Origin: an uncultured Christensenellaceae bacterium
GTDB taxonomy: Bacteria; Bacillota; Clostridia; Christensenellales; Pumilibacteraceae
NCBI GenBank assembly: GCA_910588155.1
Contig: CAJUPB010000012.1
Span: forward strand, 2,046 to 66,045
DNA: 64,000 bases
Direction of reading: 5' to 3'
In this document: positions 44,201-52,142 of the stretch, piece by piece
Layout of the letters: every line of letters begins with the position of its first letter
How positions within the stretch are numbered: position 1 is the first letter of the stretch
Position numbers and translations under genes: made by a program
The notes under the pieces: generated by a model
Database searches by the model: none
Seen by the model: only the letters and a program-made list of their open reading frames with translations
What the model was told of the DNA's origin: nothing

Positions 44201-46280
44201 CCTCGATTTCGTCTATGTTCAGAGAGGACAGGTATTTGCCGTCGTGACAAAGCGTTATACCGTAGTTTTTACCGTCGATTTCTACTGCCGCGCGCAGGTT
44301 GCCCTCGACGGCTTGGAATTCGGTTATGTGCGCAAACAGAGCTTTCAAATCGAGATTTGCAAGCACGTGCGCAATATTCGGAATTTCGATGTTTTTATTT
44401 AACCCGACGTCGGGAAGAACAATACCCGCCGAGGACAGCAGTTCGGCGATTTCGGATTTCAAGTCGTCGAAATCGGCGACGTCGGCTTTGATTCCGACGT
44501 TTCCGCATTTCAAGTATACAGTCTCGCCGTCAAAGCAGACGTCGAAAGCAATGCCGAGCTTTTCCAAAGATATTTTGCCGCACAGCGTCAAATCGCGGTT
44601 CAGCAAAATATTCGCCGTTATTTTGTCGGTGAAGTTTGCGCTTTCGACGTTTGCCGTCAAAGCTATGTCGAAGCTCTTTGCGTTTGCCGTGTTCAATGCG
44701 GGCTCGACGAAATCCAGCACGGGTTCGAGGGATACGAATTCGGACGTATCGGGGAAGTCGAAACCGTCTCTCGGAGTTATGTCGATTATCACGGGAATGC
44801 CGTTTATTTTCACCGTGGCATTTATGGAGTTCAGCGAAACATTTTCGCCGTCGTTTATGACGAGGTCAACGTCCAATTCGATTTTGCTTGCAAGCTTGAC
44901 AAGCTCGCAGTCCGATTTCAAAAGGTCGGACAACTTGAATTTCAAGGTTATGGTGACCAATCCGTTCTCTTTCACGAGGTCGGAATCGGCAAACAGCGAA
45001 CCGATTATGTCGTCGGTCAGCATAGCTTCGAAATCGGCATTCAAAAGCGCGTTCAAATCTATGCCGCCGATATTGATTTTGTCGAAATCGAAACCGAAGT
45101 CGAGTTCGAGAAGTCGGGAGAGGGCGGAAATCGGAAGATAGCCTTTGACTATTCCCGCGCCCACATACGCCCGTTCGCCGTCATAACCGAAGAACAGTGC
45201 GTCGTCGACAAGCGCACTTATATTCATCGAAGAAATATCGACGCTTGCTTTGATGTTTCGTCTGCTTCCGAAAACAAGCGCATCGGCTTCGATTGTCAGT
45301 TTTTCGCCGTTCAAATAGGGCGCAAACGCTTCGGCGAGATAGGTGGAAGCATTCTTTTCCGCGGGGATATCGGGGATATCCGTGTTGTCGCCGTCTTCGG
45401 GAAGAAACGGCTCGAAGATTTCGCTTTCGGGCAAGGGCATATCCTCGTTTATATACGAGAACGTATCGAGCATAGTGGATACGCAGGACATACTGCCGAG
45501 GACGGGAATGGCAATGTCGTACGTGTCCACGCACAGAACGGTTTTTGCGTACCAATTCGAGTCAATCGTCATTGTCAGCGTCATAGAATGTATGACGGGG
45601 TCCTGCGCCGCGCTTGCCAAAGTGCGGATTTCGTTTTTGAAATATTTGCCGCCGATTTCGGGAATGAGTTCGAACTCATAGACATATTCGTCGTTGCCGA
45701 AGGATATGAGTTTTGCCGAGGATACGGATTCTTCGGTAACGGAATATTTGGTTATTTCGCGGGGTACGGCTCCGTACTTCGAAAAGAACGTGTCGGTACT
45801 CATCGGATAAATCGAGCTGCTCCACGTGACGTTTTCTCCGCGCACTTTTTCGGAAGGGCGGAAAAGCACGGTATCGTTAGGCGTAATATATTTTTGTTCC
45901 GCCACCGACACAAGCGACGACGTGGACACAGTTTCCGCAAACACCGTTCCTTGTTTGACTTTGCGCGAGTTGCGGACGTTTTGGGTATACTTTGTGAAAC
46001 CGAGGTCGGCTTTGCACGTACCGACGGAATCTGCCTGAAAATAGCTCGAATTGAAAATTACGAAATTCGCAAAACGGAAGTTCTCCATAGGCGAATAGTC
46101 GAGCGGCGTGCCGCTTTCGGGGGGCTGTTCCATTTCGCAAATGCTGTTTACGATTTCCGCGGGGGTGAAAACGGAGGACGCGCCGCCGCCCGTAATAGAA
46201 GAGAGCACGTAAAAAGCCACTGCCAACACGGGCAGCAACATAAAAAACAATTTAAATCTGCTGACGTATTTTTCTTTCAC
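41241..46280 (-). CDS. Giant hypothetical protein, 1,679 aa, single N-terminal TM anchor, no recognised domain
   Basis: GTG start with GAGG 6 nt upstream. The TM helix is FKLFFMLLPVLAVAFYVLSSI. The remainder is acidic and N/D/S/T-rich with a beta-like alternating pattern. The gene is monocistronic, lying between a terminator and a divergent promoter region. Confidence 0.8.
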   Translation of the reverse strand: MKEKYVSRFKLFFMLLPVLAVAFYVLSSITGGGASSVFTPAEIVNSICEMEQPPESGTPLDYSPMENFRFANFVIFNSSYFQADSVGTCKADLGFTKYTQNVRNSRKVKQGTVFAETVSTSSLVSVAEQKYITPNDTVLFRPSEKVRGENVTWSSSIYPMSTDTFFSKYGAVPREITKYSVTEESVSSAKLISFGNDEYVYEFELIPEIGGKYFKNEIRTLASAAQDPVIHSMTLTMTIDSNWYAKTVLCVDTYDIAIPVLGSMSCVSTMLDTFSYINEDMPLPESEIFEPFLPEDGDNTDIPDIPAEKNASTYLAEAFAPYLNGEKLTIEADALVFGSRRNIKASVDISSMNISALVDDALFFGYDGERAYVGAGIVKGYLPISALSRLLELDFGFDFDKINIGGIDLNALLNADFEAMLTDDIIGSLFADSDLVKENGLVTITLKFKLSDLLKSDCELVKLASKIELDVDLVINDGENVSLNSINATVKINGIPVIIDITPRDGFDFPDTSEFVSLEPVLDFVEPALNTANAKSFDIALTANVESANFTDKITANILLNRDLTLCGKISLEKLGIAFDVCFDGETVYLKCGNVGIKADVADFDDLKSEIAELLSSAGIVLPDVGLNKNIEIPNIAHVLANLDLKALFAHITEFQAVEGNLRAAVEIDGKNYGITLCHDGKYLSSLNIDEIEANGAKIKLDAVLSASETEKNIAAADIEYIDANDLLRFVEPIKELVNKRGVVADFNAVIALDGESIAVTGQIAVVLKQSGADFQINLSLPQVGGENLPVVFSRSGKDYHFVYDELRVCGNKDDFDAFMQSVQPMLPKFLPRLIADLQNKIDEATPDLNANSVLDMIDFVKITNSESLEIGLKFGDVALDLCVNLKNGTLGGITLHTELYDETIGTVAINASLDLSRVFDQTEAEEYVLSSLNLDYTPASELISYFDALLGTFKQQAYRVTFHDIRVWYKDKTHKVDGYAEIIPKSGIPNLRLGFNVYETAATGVDANFDGVAPRHTFEIMITDGDPLQEIYLTYNGVKFKLTVAEVLNLLGNVKDALGIKDGTILDYVIPKDREIVSGEFLKDFDIEGFAEMSELINGLLDIATQVCHEAQEFMYDYDYDYTEFVSTASDVIGRISKLFGTGDISSPGVGQIVNLIRNLPRVSLKSVTAENGETSTLTVRVGETDFTLTRTNDGNPVLTDWSMSNLHTSNSVTSFRLSLDCPDANEIKIERPVYHDYNYATSAGGTYKRQELIDNILAGKLNGVSLPNYKEEYVRHDVSFGESDIIKSQRFKRSWDFWGARYKYTQSNDGEYVRMRTDEYLKISDGFVDKIKDLTYVEYNGEYWTYADFHTMKNTVSDNGQTTSLDDYFSAWFESTYGMKYETYYKQYLEGNCLNDLSNVSNLTTALLNTANLSDFHISGNLNVHIGIVNIDINVPIDARVKLIPTPQPDGSIVNKPLVIVSLSTPKKSIIVEVLEKSASQIYYLDGYMYFNKLDKNGKYNFVKVAVGDLMSEMSGTDGINNIMEYVFYVAPMSGILKSTITDQISKGGNTTPGEFKDFYKHYYFKDNRHYTKIDLGSLAGNTSLSEAELFIGTRKTNIGTGEKTFINELGFSTSMASVVSMKFEAVLADIGEEIETFRVATGFNGDTPIYDERPIETLREYLDSHSYGTIKSPVQE

Positions 46281-46538
46281 GGCAAGCCTCGAAAACCTCT
46301 TCCGAAAACGGATAACACCGATTAAAGACTGTTATCTTATTTAATATATATATAATATAACACAATAATGTCGAAAAACGCAAGAGTTCTCGCCTTATTT
46401 TCGAAAAATTTCTCCGATTTTTTTGCTTATAATCCCGCGAAAGAAGTAAAAATGTCCTTTGCGAGAGCAAGCGGTTTCGCATAATTGCCGAAAAAATGAG
46501 ATATACTGCTTATAAACGTTTAAAACGAGGATACTGAT

Positions 46539-47870
46539 TTGGCGGAAACTTTCGAATTACCCGACGCCGAGCGGTTTGTTTTGCCGCTTGACTTTGAAAA
46601 CGACAAAACAAAACTCGTCCGCGCGTTAAACGGTTATGCGCCGCGTTTCGGCGTGAAAATCGACGGAGTGACAAGCGAAAGGAATCTGCCGTTCGACCCC
46701 GAACCGCGAGTCATCGAAACAGAAGAGTTCGAGTTTTTGAAGCGAGGACTCATTCAGCGTGCGGACGCATTGAACGCATTTTTAAACGACGTATACGGCG
46801 ATTGCAAAATTCTCAAAGACGGCGTCATCCCCGCCGATTTCGTGCTGTCTTCGCAAGGCTTTCTTCCGCGTTGCATAGGAATCAAACCGCGCCGAGGTAT
46901 TTACGCGCACATTGCGGGAATAGACCTTGTCAAAAGCAAGAAAGGCGAGTGGTACGTTTTGGAGGACAACTTGCGAGTACCGTCGGGCGTGTCCTATCCG
47001 CTTGCCGCGCGTCTGGCGCTCAAAGACTGCGGTATGTGCGAATTCGACGCGGTAGACTCTTTGAATTACGGACGGCTTTTGAAGGACGCCTTCGATTTTG
47101 TTTCCTGCGGCGGCATCGACTGCGTGCTGACTCCCGGGAGAGGCAATTGTGCATTTTTCGAACACGGCTTTCTCGCGGAGATGACAAACAGTGCGCTTGC
47201 CTGCGGAAGCGACTTGTTTGCGGACGGCGACGTGCTTTACTTCAAAGGCGCGGACGGCGTGCAACGCGTGGGCGCGCTGTATACCCGCGTGGACGGAGTA
47301 TATGCCGACCCGCTTGCTTTCCGCTCCGTGTCCGCGGTCGGGACGCCGAATCTTTTCTCGGCATACGCCGCCGGCAACGTTGCCGTGCTGAATGCTTTCG
47401 GTTGCGGCGCGGCAGACGATAAGGGCGTGTATTGCTATGTGCCGCAAATGATTAAATACTATCTCGGACAAGACGCCGTTTTGTCGCAGCCGCAGACGTT
47501 TTTGCCGACACGGGGTAGCGAAATGCGCTATATACAAGACAATTTCGACAGTCTGGTCATAAAGGACGTCGCGGAATCGGGCGGCTTCGGAATACGTTTC
47601 GGCGCGGCGCTGGACGAGGAAGGAAAAGCCGCGCTCAAAGCCGAAATAACGGCAAATCCGAGGCGGTTTATCGCGCAGGAAGTCGTGGACATAGAAGAGC
47701 TGCCCGCGTGCGGCGGTTCGGCAAAAGCCGATTTGCGGGCGTTTGTCGTTACGTCCGACAGAACGAGAGTGTGGGAAAGCGGTCTGACTCGGTTTGCTGC
47801 AAAAGATTCGCTTATGGTAAATTCTTCGCAGGGTGGAGGTTTTAAGGATACGTGGGTATCGTTTCGTTGA
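46539..47870 (+). CDS. Circularly permuted type-2 ATP-grasp protein (DUF404/DUF407 family)
   Basis: Family-typical blocks are LPFDPEPRVIETEEFEFLKRGLIQRADALNAFLNDVYGD, ILKDGVIPADFV, and WYVLEDNLRVPSGVSY. TTG start. Confidence 0.75.
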   Translation: MAETFELPDAERFVLPLDFENDKTKLVRALNGYAPRFGVKIDGVTSERNLPFDPEPRVIETEEFEFLKRGLIQRADALNAFLNDVYGDCKILKDGVIPADFVLSSQGFLPRCIGIKPRRGIYAHIAGIDLVKSKKGEWYVLEDNLRVPSGVSYPLAARLALKDCGMCEFDAVDSLNYGRLLKDAFDFVSCGGIDCVLTPGRGNCAFFEHGFLAEMTNSALACGSDLFADGDVLYFKGADGVQRVGALYTRVDGVYADPLAFRSVSAVGTPNLFSAYAAGNVAVLNAFGCGAADDKGVYCYVPQMIKYYLGQDAVLSQPQTFLPTRGSEMRYIQDNFDSLVIKDVAESGGFGIRFGAALDEEGKAALKAEITANPRRFIAQEVVDIEELPACGGSAKADLRAFVVTSDRTRVWESGLTRFAAKDSLMVNSSQGGGFKDTWVSFR

Positions 47871-48478
47871 GTGATTTGGACAAGCTCTTTTGGGCGGGCA
47901 GGTATTGCGAACGCGCAAGAGGAATATATGAGCGCTATGTCGCCTTGCCGTCCGACGGCGGCGTGCGGCTCGACTTTCTGGCACGTCTCGGCATAGATTG
48001 CAACGATTCGTCGCCGCATATTGCGCTGTTTGGCGGCGACGGTGCAATCGTGAACGCTTTGCGTATGTGGCGGGAGAATGTTTTGTGCCTGCGGTATGTG
48101 CTGTCTTGCCGAGCGGTGATTCAGGCGGAAAAAGCCGTAACGGAGTGCGAAGAGGGGAATTTCGACAATCTCGTTTTGCGTTCTTACGCATTTTTCGGAA
48201 TGACGGAAGACTTGACGTTCGACAATACCGCCCGATGCTGCGTGACGGCGGGGCGAATGTGCGAAAAACTCGATTTGTTGTCGCGGTTTTGCGAAGACAC
48301 GTTTGCCGCGCAAGACGCTTTGAACCGTTTGAGTGCGGCTTGCGCCGACAGCCCCGCCGTGCAAAATATGATTTCTCAAAGCGCGCTGCAACTGATTGAC
48401 GGCGATATACGCTCGAATAATGTAGTCACGGTCAAGAGCAGAACGCCGTATTTGGAGAGCAATAATGAGTTTTCTTGA
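47852..48478 (+). CDS. Alpha-E domain protein (DUF403), short form
   Basis: LFWAGRYCERARG matches the alpha-E N-terminal signature (YWMGRY.ERAE). It overlaps the ATP-grasp gene by 19 nt. At 208 aa it is shorter than I expect for this family (about 300 aa, from memory). Confidence 0.65.
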   Translation: MGIVSLSDLDKLFWAGRYCERARGIYERYVALPSDGGVRLDFLARLGIDCNDSSPHIALFGGDGAIVNALRMWRENVLCLRYVLSCRAVIQAEKAVTECEEGNFDNLVLRSYAFFGMTEDLTFDNTARCCVTAGRMCEKLDLLSRFCEDTFAAQDALNRLSAACADSPAVQNMISQSALQLIDGDIRSNNVVTVKSRTPYLESNNEFS

Positions 48479-49244
48479 TTTCGATTACGAACTGAAACTG
48501 AATTTCTCTTCGCCCGTCACCGACCACCGATTTATATTGCGCTGTCTGCCTTTGAGGGATTTGTCGCAATTGCCCGACGCCGTGGAAGCGGAAGTGTTTC
48601 CGCACAGCTCGCTTTGGAGAAGCTCCGCGCCGAACGAGGGCGGCACTCTTATGGGCAGCGTGGATTTCGAACACACGGAGTTTACCGCGAGAACTCGGGG
48701 CAGGGTTTTCGAACGCGAGGGCTACGATACGGGCGCGCCGCATTTCGCATATTTGCATTTTACGTCCGTGACCGAACCCAATGAATTTTTGAGAGATGTT
48801 GCGAAAAAGTTCGACAGGCATTCGAAGAACTACAATCTTGCGCTTAAAGCAATGGAAGAGGTCAACTCGATGTTGACGTATACGGAAAATGCCACCGACT
48901 CGGATACGACGGCAGATGAGGCTTTGCGGATGAAAAAGGGCGTGTGTCAGGATTATGCGCACATATACTGTTCGCTTATGCGGCTTTTGGGAGTGCCCAC
49001 GCGGTATGTGGCGGGACTCTTGAAAGGCGTCGGAGAAACTCACGCTTGGAACGAGTGCTATTTAGACGGGCATTGGCGGGCATTCGACTGCACGAACGAC
49101 AAGCCCGCGACGAACGGTTACGTCAAACTCGCCGTCGGCGTCGATGCGCGTCAGTGTGCGCTTAACAGGGGAGTGTTTACGCCGTTGCTTGGAAAGGTGG
49201 CGGAGCAGTCGCAGCGGGTGCGCGGACGGGTGGAAACTTCTTGA
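48465..49244 (+). CDS. Transglutaminase-like cysteine protease-fold protein (Bact_transglu_N plus transglut core)
   Basis: The Cys-His-Asp triad context is KKGVCQDYAH, GETHAWNECY, and RAFDCTN. It overlaps the alpha-E gene by 14 nt. Confidence 0.8.
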   Translation: MSFLDFDYELKLNFSSPVTDHRFILRCLPLRDLSQLPDAVEAEVFPHSSLWRSSAPNEGGTLMGSVDFEHTEFTARTRGRVFEREGYDTGAPHFAYLHFTSVTEPNEFLRDVAKKFDRHSKNYNLALKAMEEVNSMLTYTENATDSDTTADEALRMKKGVCQDYAHIYCSLMRLLGVPTRYVAGLLKGVGETHAWNECYLDGHWRAFDCTNDKPATNGYVKLAVGVDARQCALNRGVFTPLLGKVAEQSQRVRGRVETS

Positions 49245-49276
49245 CAAACTCCGCCGTTTGTTATATAATTCTGACT

Positions 49277-50809
49277 ATGGCGAACGCATTGTACAGAAAA
49301 TACCGCCCGCAAGTCTTTGACGACGTTTACGGGCAGGACCATATAGTAAACACGCTGAAAAATCAGATAAAGCACGACAGAGTTTCGCACGCCTATCTCT
49401 TTACGGGCAGCCGCGGAACGGGCAAAACCACTTGTGCCAAGATATTTGCGCGGGCGATAAACTGCAAAAGTCCCGTAAACGGTTCTCCGTGCGGAAAATG
49501 CGAATGTTGCAAGGCTCTTGCCGAAAGCAATAACATAGATATTATGGAAATCGACGCCGCATCCAACAACGGCGTGGACGATGCACGCGAAATTCGGGAA
49601 AGAGTCAAGTACACTCCGGTATACGGAAGATATAAAGTCTATATAATAGACGAGGTACATATGTTGAGCGCGTCGGCTTTCAACGCGCTTTTAAAGACGC
49701 TCGAAGAGCCGCCCGCGCACGCCGTCTTCATTCTTGCGACGACGGAAGTGCATAAGCTGCCCGCGACCATTCTTTCGCGTTGTATGCGTTTCGATTTCCG
49801 TCTCATAGGTGTGGAAGAGCTGTACGGGCAACTCAAAAAGATTTTCGACAAAGAGGGCAAGAAATACGAGGACGCCGCATTGAAGTTCATTGCGCGAGCG
49901 GGCGAGGGTTCCTCCCGAGATATGCTGTCCGTTGCGGACATCTGTTTCAATTACAGCGACAAAAAACTCACGCTTGCCGATGTTATGACGGTTACGGGCG
50001 GCGCCGACAGAAGTGTGATTGCGCGCCTTTTCAAGGCGGTAAAAAGCGGCGATTTGGCGGAGATTTTCAAAAGTATCGACGAAATGGCAAGCGGCGGCAA
50101 AAGTATGAGCTTGATTGCGAAAGAGCTGTTGCGGTATGTGCGCGACCTGCTTGTCGTCAAGACGGGAAATACGCGTATGATAGTGGATACCGAAGAAAAC
50201 ATAGCACAGATGAATGAAGAAGCGCAGGACTGCGACCCGCAGTATCTTTCCGCGCTTATCGGTATTTTTGCGGAAGCGGACGCGACACTTCGATATTCCG
50301 TTTCGCCTAGGATTGCGTTGGAAACGGTGTGTTTGAAAGCCGCGAGTTTGGCGGCTGCCGACTATTCCGCTCTGGAACGCAGAATTGCCCGTTTGGAATG
50401 CGGCACACTCGTGCCGCATTCCGCGCAGGAAACGCACGTCGCGGCAAAGGCGGCAGAGGCGGAAAAGCCTGCGAAGGGGCAGGAAGAAGCCGAAACGGAC
50501 GCATTCACGGTTTGGGGCAAGTTGGTTACGTTTGCGAGAACGGGCGGTTCTATGCGGTTGTACACGCTGTTCGGAGCGCATTCCGACGTGGAAATAAAAG
50601 ACGGCAAGCTGATTGTCTGGTGCAACGACGACAACTATCTTCAATTCTCCGAGCCGGAAGCGGAAGAGCTTTTGCGGCGCGGCTTGAAAGCGGTCGGAAG
50701 CGGGCTTGTTCCCGTCATAGACAAGAGAAAGAGAAGCGATTCGGACGGGCTTATCGATAAACTCAAAAGTATGATGGGCGGCGTGGAATTGGAAATAAAG
50801 CGAAAATAA
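49277..50809 (+). CDS. dnaX: DNA polymerase III subunit gamma/tau
   Basis: ALYRKYRPQVFDDVYGQ, Walker A GSRGTGKTT, zinc module CGKCECC, and IIDEVHMLS. Confidence 0.95.
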   Translation: MANALYRKYRPQVFDDVYGQDHIVNTLKNQIKHDRVSHAYLFTGSRGTGKTTCAKIFARAINCKSPVNGSPCGKCECCKALAESNNIDIMEIDAASNNGVDDAREIRERVKYTPVYGRYKVYIIDEVHMLSASAFNALLKTLEEPPAHAVFILATTEVHKLPATILSRCMRFDFRLIGVEELYGQLKKIFDKEGKKYEDAALKFIARAGEGSSRDMLSVADICFNYSDKKLTLADVMTVTGGADRSVIARLFKAVKSGDLAEIFKSIDEMASGGKSMSLIAKELLRYVRDLLVVKTGNTRMIVDTEENIAQMNEEAQDCDPQYLSALIGIFAEADATLRYSVSPRIALETVCLKAASLAAADYSALERRIARLECGTLVPHSAQETHVAAKAAEAEKPAKGQEEAETDAFTVWGKLVTFARTGGSMRLYTLFGAHSDVEIKDGKLIVWCNDDNYLQFSEPEAEELLRRGLKAVGSGLVPVIDKRKRSDSDGLIDKLKSMMGGVELEIKRK

Positions 50810-50831
50810 AAGGTATCGGAGGTAACGGCAA

Positions 50832-51146
50832 ATGGCAAGATTTAACGGTTTCGGCGGCGGCGGAATGAATATGCAGCAGATGATGAAGCAGGCGCAGAAA
50901 ATGCAGGAACAGATGGCAAAGGCGCAGGAAGAGCTGGAAGAAACCGAAGTCGAGGGCAGCGCGGGCGGCGGACTTGTCACCGTCACGATGAACGGAAAAA
51001 AGAAAATGAGTGCGGTTTCCATTGACCCCGAAGCCGTCGACCTCGACGATTTGGAAATGTTGGAGGACTTGATTGTCGCAGCATACAACGATGCTTTCGG
51101 AAAGGCGGAGGAGCTGGAAAAGCAGCTTGTGCCGTTCCAGATTTAG
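50832..51146 (+). CDS. ybaB: YbaB/EbfC nucleoid-associated protein
   Basis: [22 protein letters not shown] and [11 protein letters not shown]. It lies between dnaX and recR. Confidence 0.92.
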   Translation: MARFNGFGGGGMNMQQMMKQAQKMQEQMAKAQEELEETEVEGSAGGGLVTVTMNGKKKMSAVSIDPEAVDLDDLEMLEDLIVAAYNDAFGKAEELEKQLVPFQI

Positions 51147-51155
51147 GAGAGAAAA

Positions 51156-51740
51156 TTGAAACAGCCCGAGAGCATAGCCAAACTCATAAATAAGTTCGCA
51201 AAGCTCGGCGGAGTGGGGTATAAGACCGCGCAACGCTATGCATATGCGATTGTGGAGATGTCGGAAGCGGAAGCCGCGGAATTTGCCGAGGCGATTTACG
51301 ACGTCAAAAGAAACGTCCGCTATTGCGCCGAGTGCGGAAACTTTTCCGAAACCGAAATTTGCGAGATATGCCGAATGCGCGATAAATCCGTAGTTTGCGT
51401 GGTGGCGCAACCGAAAGACGTCGCCGCGGTGGAAAAGACGGGCGCGTTTACGGGAGTATACCACGTCTTGCACGGCACGTTGAGTCCGCTGGAAGGCAGA
51501 GGCGCGGACGATATCAGAGTCAAAGAGCTATTGAAACGTCTCGGCGGAGTGGAAGAAGTCATCATCGCGACCAATCCCGACGTCGAGGGCGAAGCGACGG
51601 CTATGTATATCGCAAAATTATTGAAACCGCTCGGAGTCAGAGTCACACGTCCGGCGCAGGGCATATCTATGGGAAGCGATATAGAGTATGCCGACGAGGT
51701 AACGCTCTCCCGCGCAATCGAAAGCCGCACCGAATTATAA
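51156..51740 (+). CDS. recR: Recombination protein RecR
   Basis: GVGYKTAQRYA (HhH), the zinc finger CAECGNFSE..CEIC, and a Toprim region (EVIIATNPDVEGEATA). TTG start. Confidence 0.95.
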   Translation: MKQPESIAKLINKFAKLGGVGYKTAQRYAYAIVEMSEAEAAEFAEAIYDVKRNVRYCAECGNFSETEICEICRMRDKSVVCVVAQPKDVAAVEKTGAFTGVYHVLHGTLSPLEGRGADDIRVKELLKRLGGVEEVIIATNPDVEGEATAMYIAKLLKPLGVRVTRPAQGISMGSDIEYADEVTLSRAIESRTEL

Positions 51741-51954
51741 AAATCGAATAATATCATATATTCATAATCAGCGAGCAGAGGAAATATTTCCGAAATTTTT
51801 CAAGATAACATAAATGCGTGGTATGAGATATTGAATATAATTTCGTCAATAAACGCCAACGCGGCATAAGTGTAATTTTTTGTCGAAACTGTTGAATTAT
51901 ATTGAAAAAGGTTGTTATAATCAGCTTCTTTTCCCCAATTGAGCGGAAAAGTGT

Positions 51955-51983
51955 TTGACATTGCGCATAAAAGATGTTATAAT
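51955..51983 (+). promoter_or_regulatory. Consensus sigma-A promoter driving the tRNA gene
   Basis: TTGACA, a 17-nt spacer, then TATAAT with a TG extension (TGTTATAAT), about 33 nt upstream of the tRNA 5' end. Confidence 0.7.
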
Positions 51984-52016
51984 ATAGGAAACTTTCAAGA
52001 GAGAAAGTTCGTATAG

Positions 52017-52093
52017 CGCGGGGTGTAGCAATAGGTTAGCTTTTCGGGCTCATAACCCGAAGGTTGGAGGTTCGAACCCTTCCCCCGCAACCA
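52017..52093 (+). tRNA. Initiator tRNA-fMet (anticodon CAT), CCA encoded
   Basis: The gene folds by hand into a 77-nt cloverleaf. The acceptor CGCGGGG/CCCCGCA has the C1:A72 mismatch. An A11:U24 pair is present. Three consecutive G:C pairs close the anticodon stem (TCGGG-CTCATAA-CCCGA). The T-loop is TTCGAAC. Confidence 0.93.
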
Positions 52094-52098
52094 AACAT

Positions 52099-52131
52099 AA
52101 AAAGAGCGACTCGAAAAAGCCGCTCTTTTTA
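52099..52131. terminator. Terminator after the tRNA (also downstream of the convergent minus-strand gene)
   Basis: The stem is AAAGAGCG/CGCTCTTT, followed by a T-run. An A-run lies on the other side. Confidence 0.65.
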
Positions 52132-52142
52132 TATTATTTGAT

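Noticed and set aside
42654-46325. Several 80-280-aa + strand ORFs inside the giant gene.
   Set aside because: They are fragmentary, lack SD and motifs, and lie within a 5-kb uninterrupted minus-strand frame that has a proper start, a TM anchor and a terminator.
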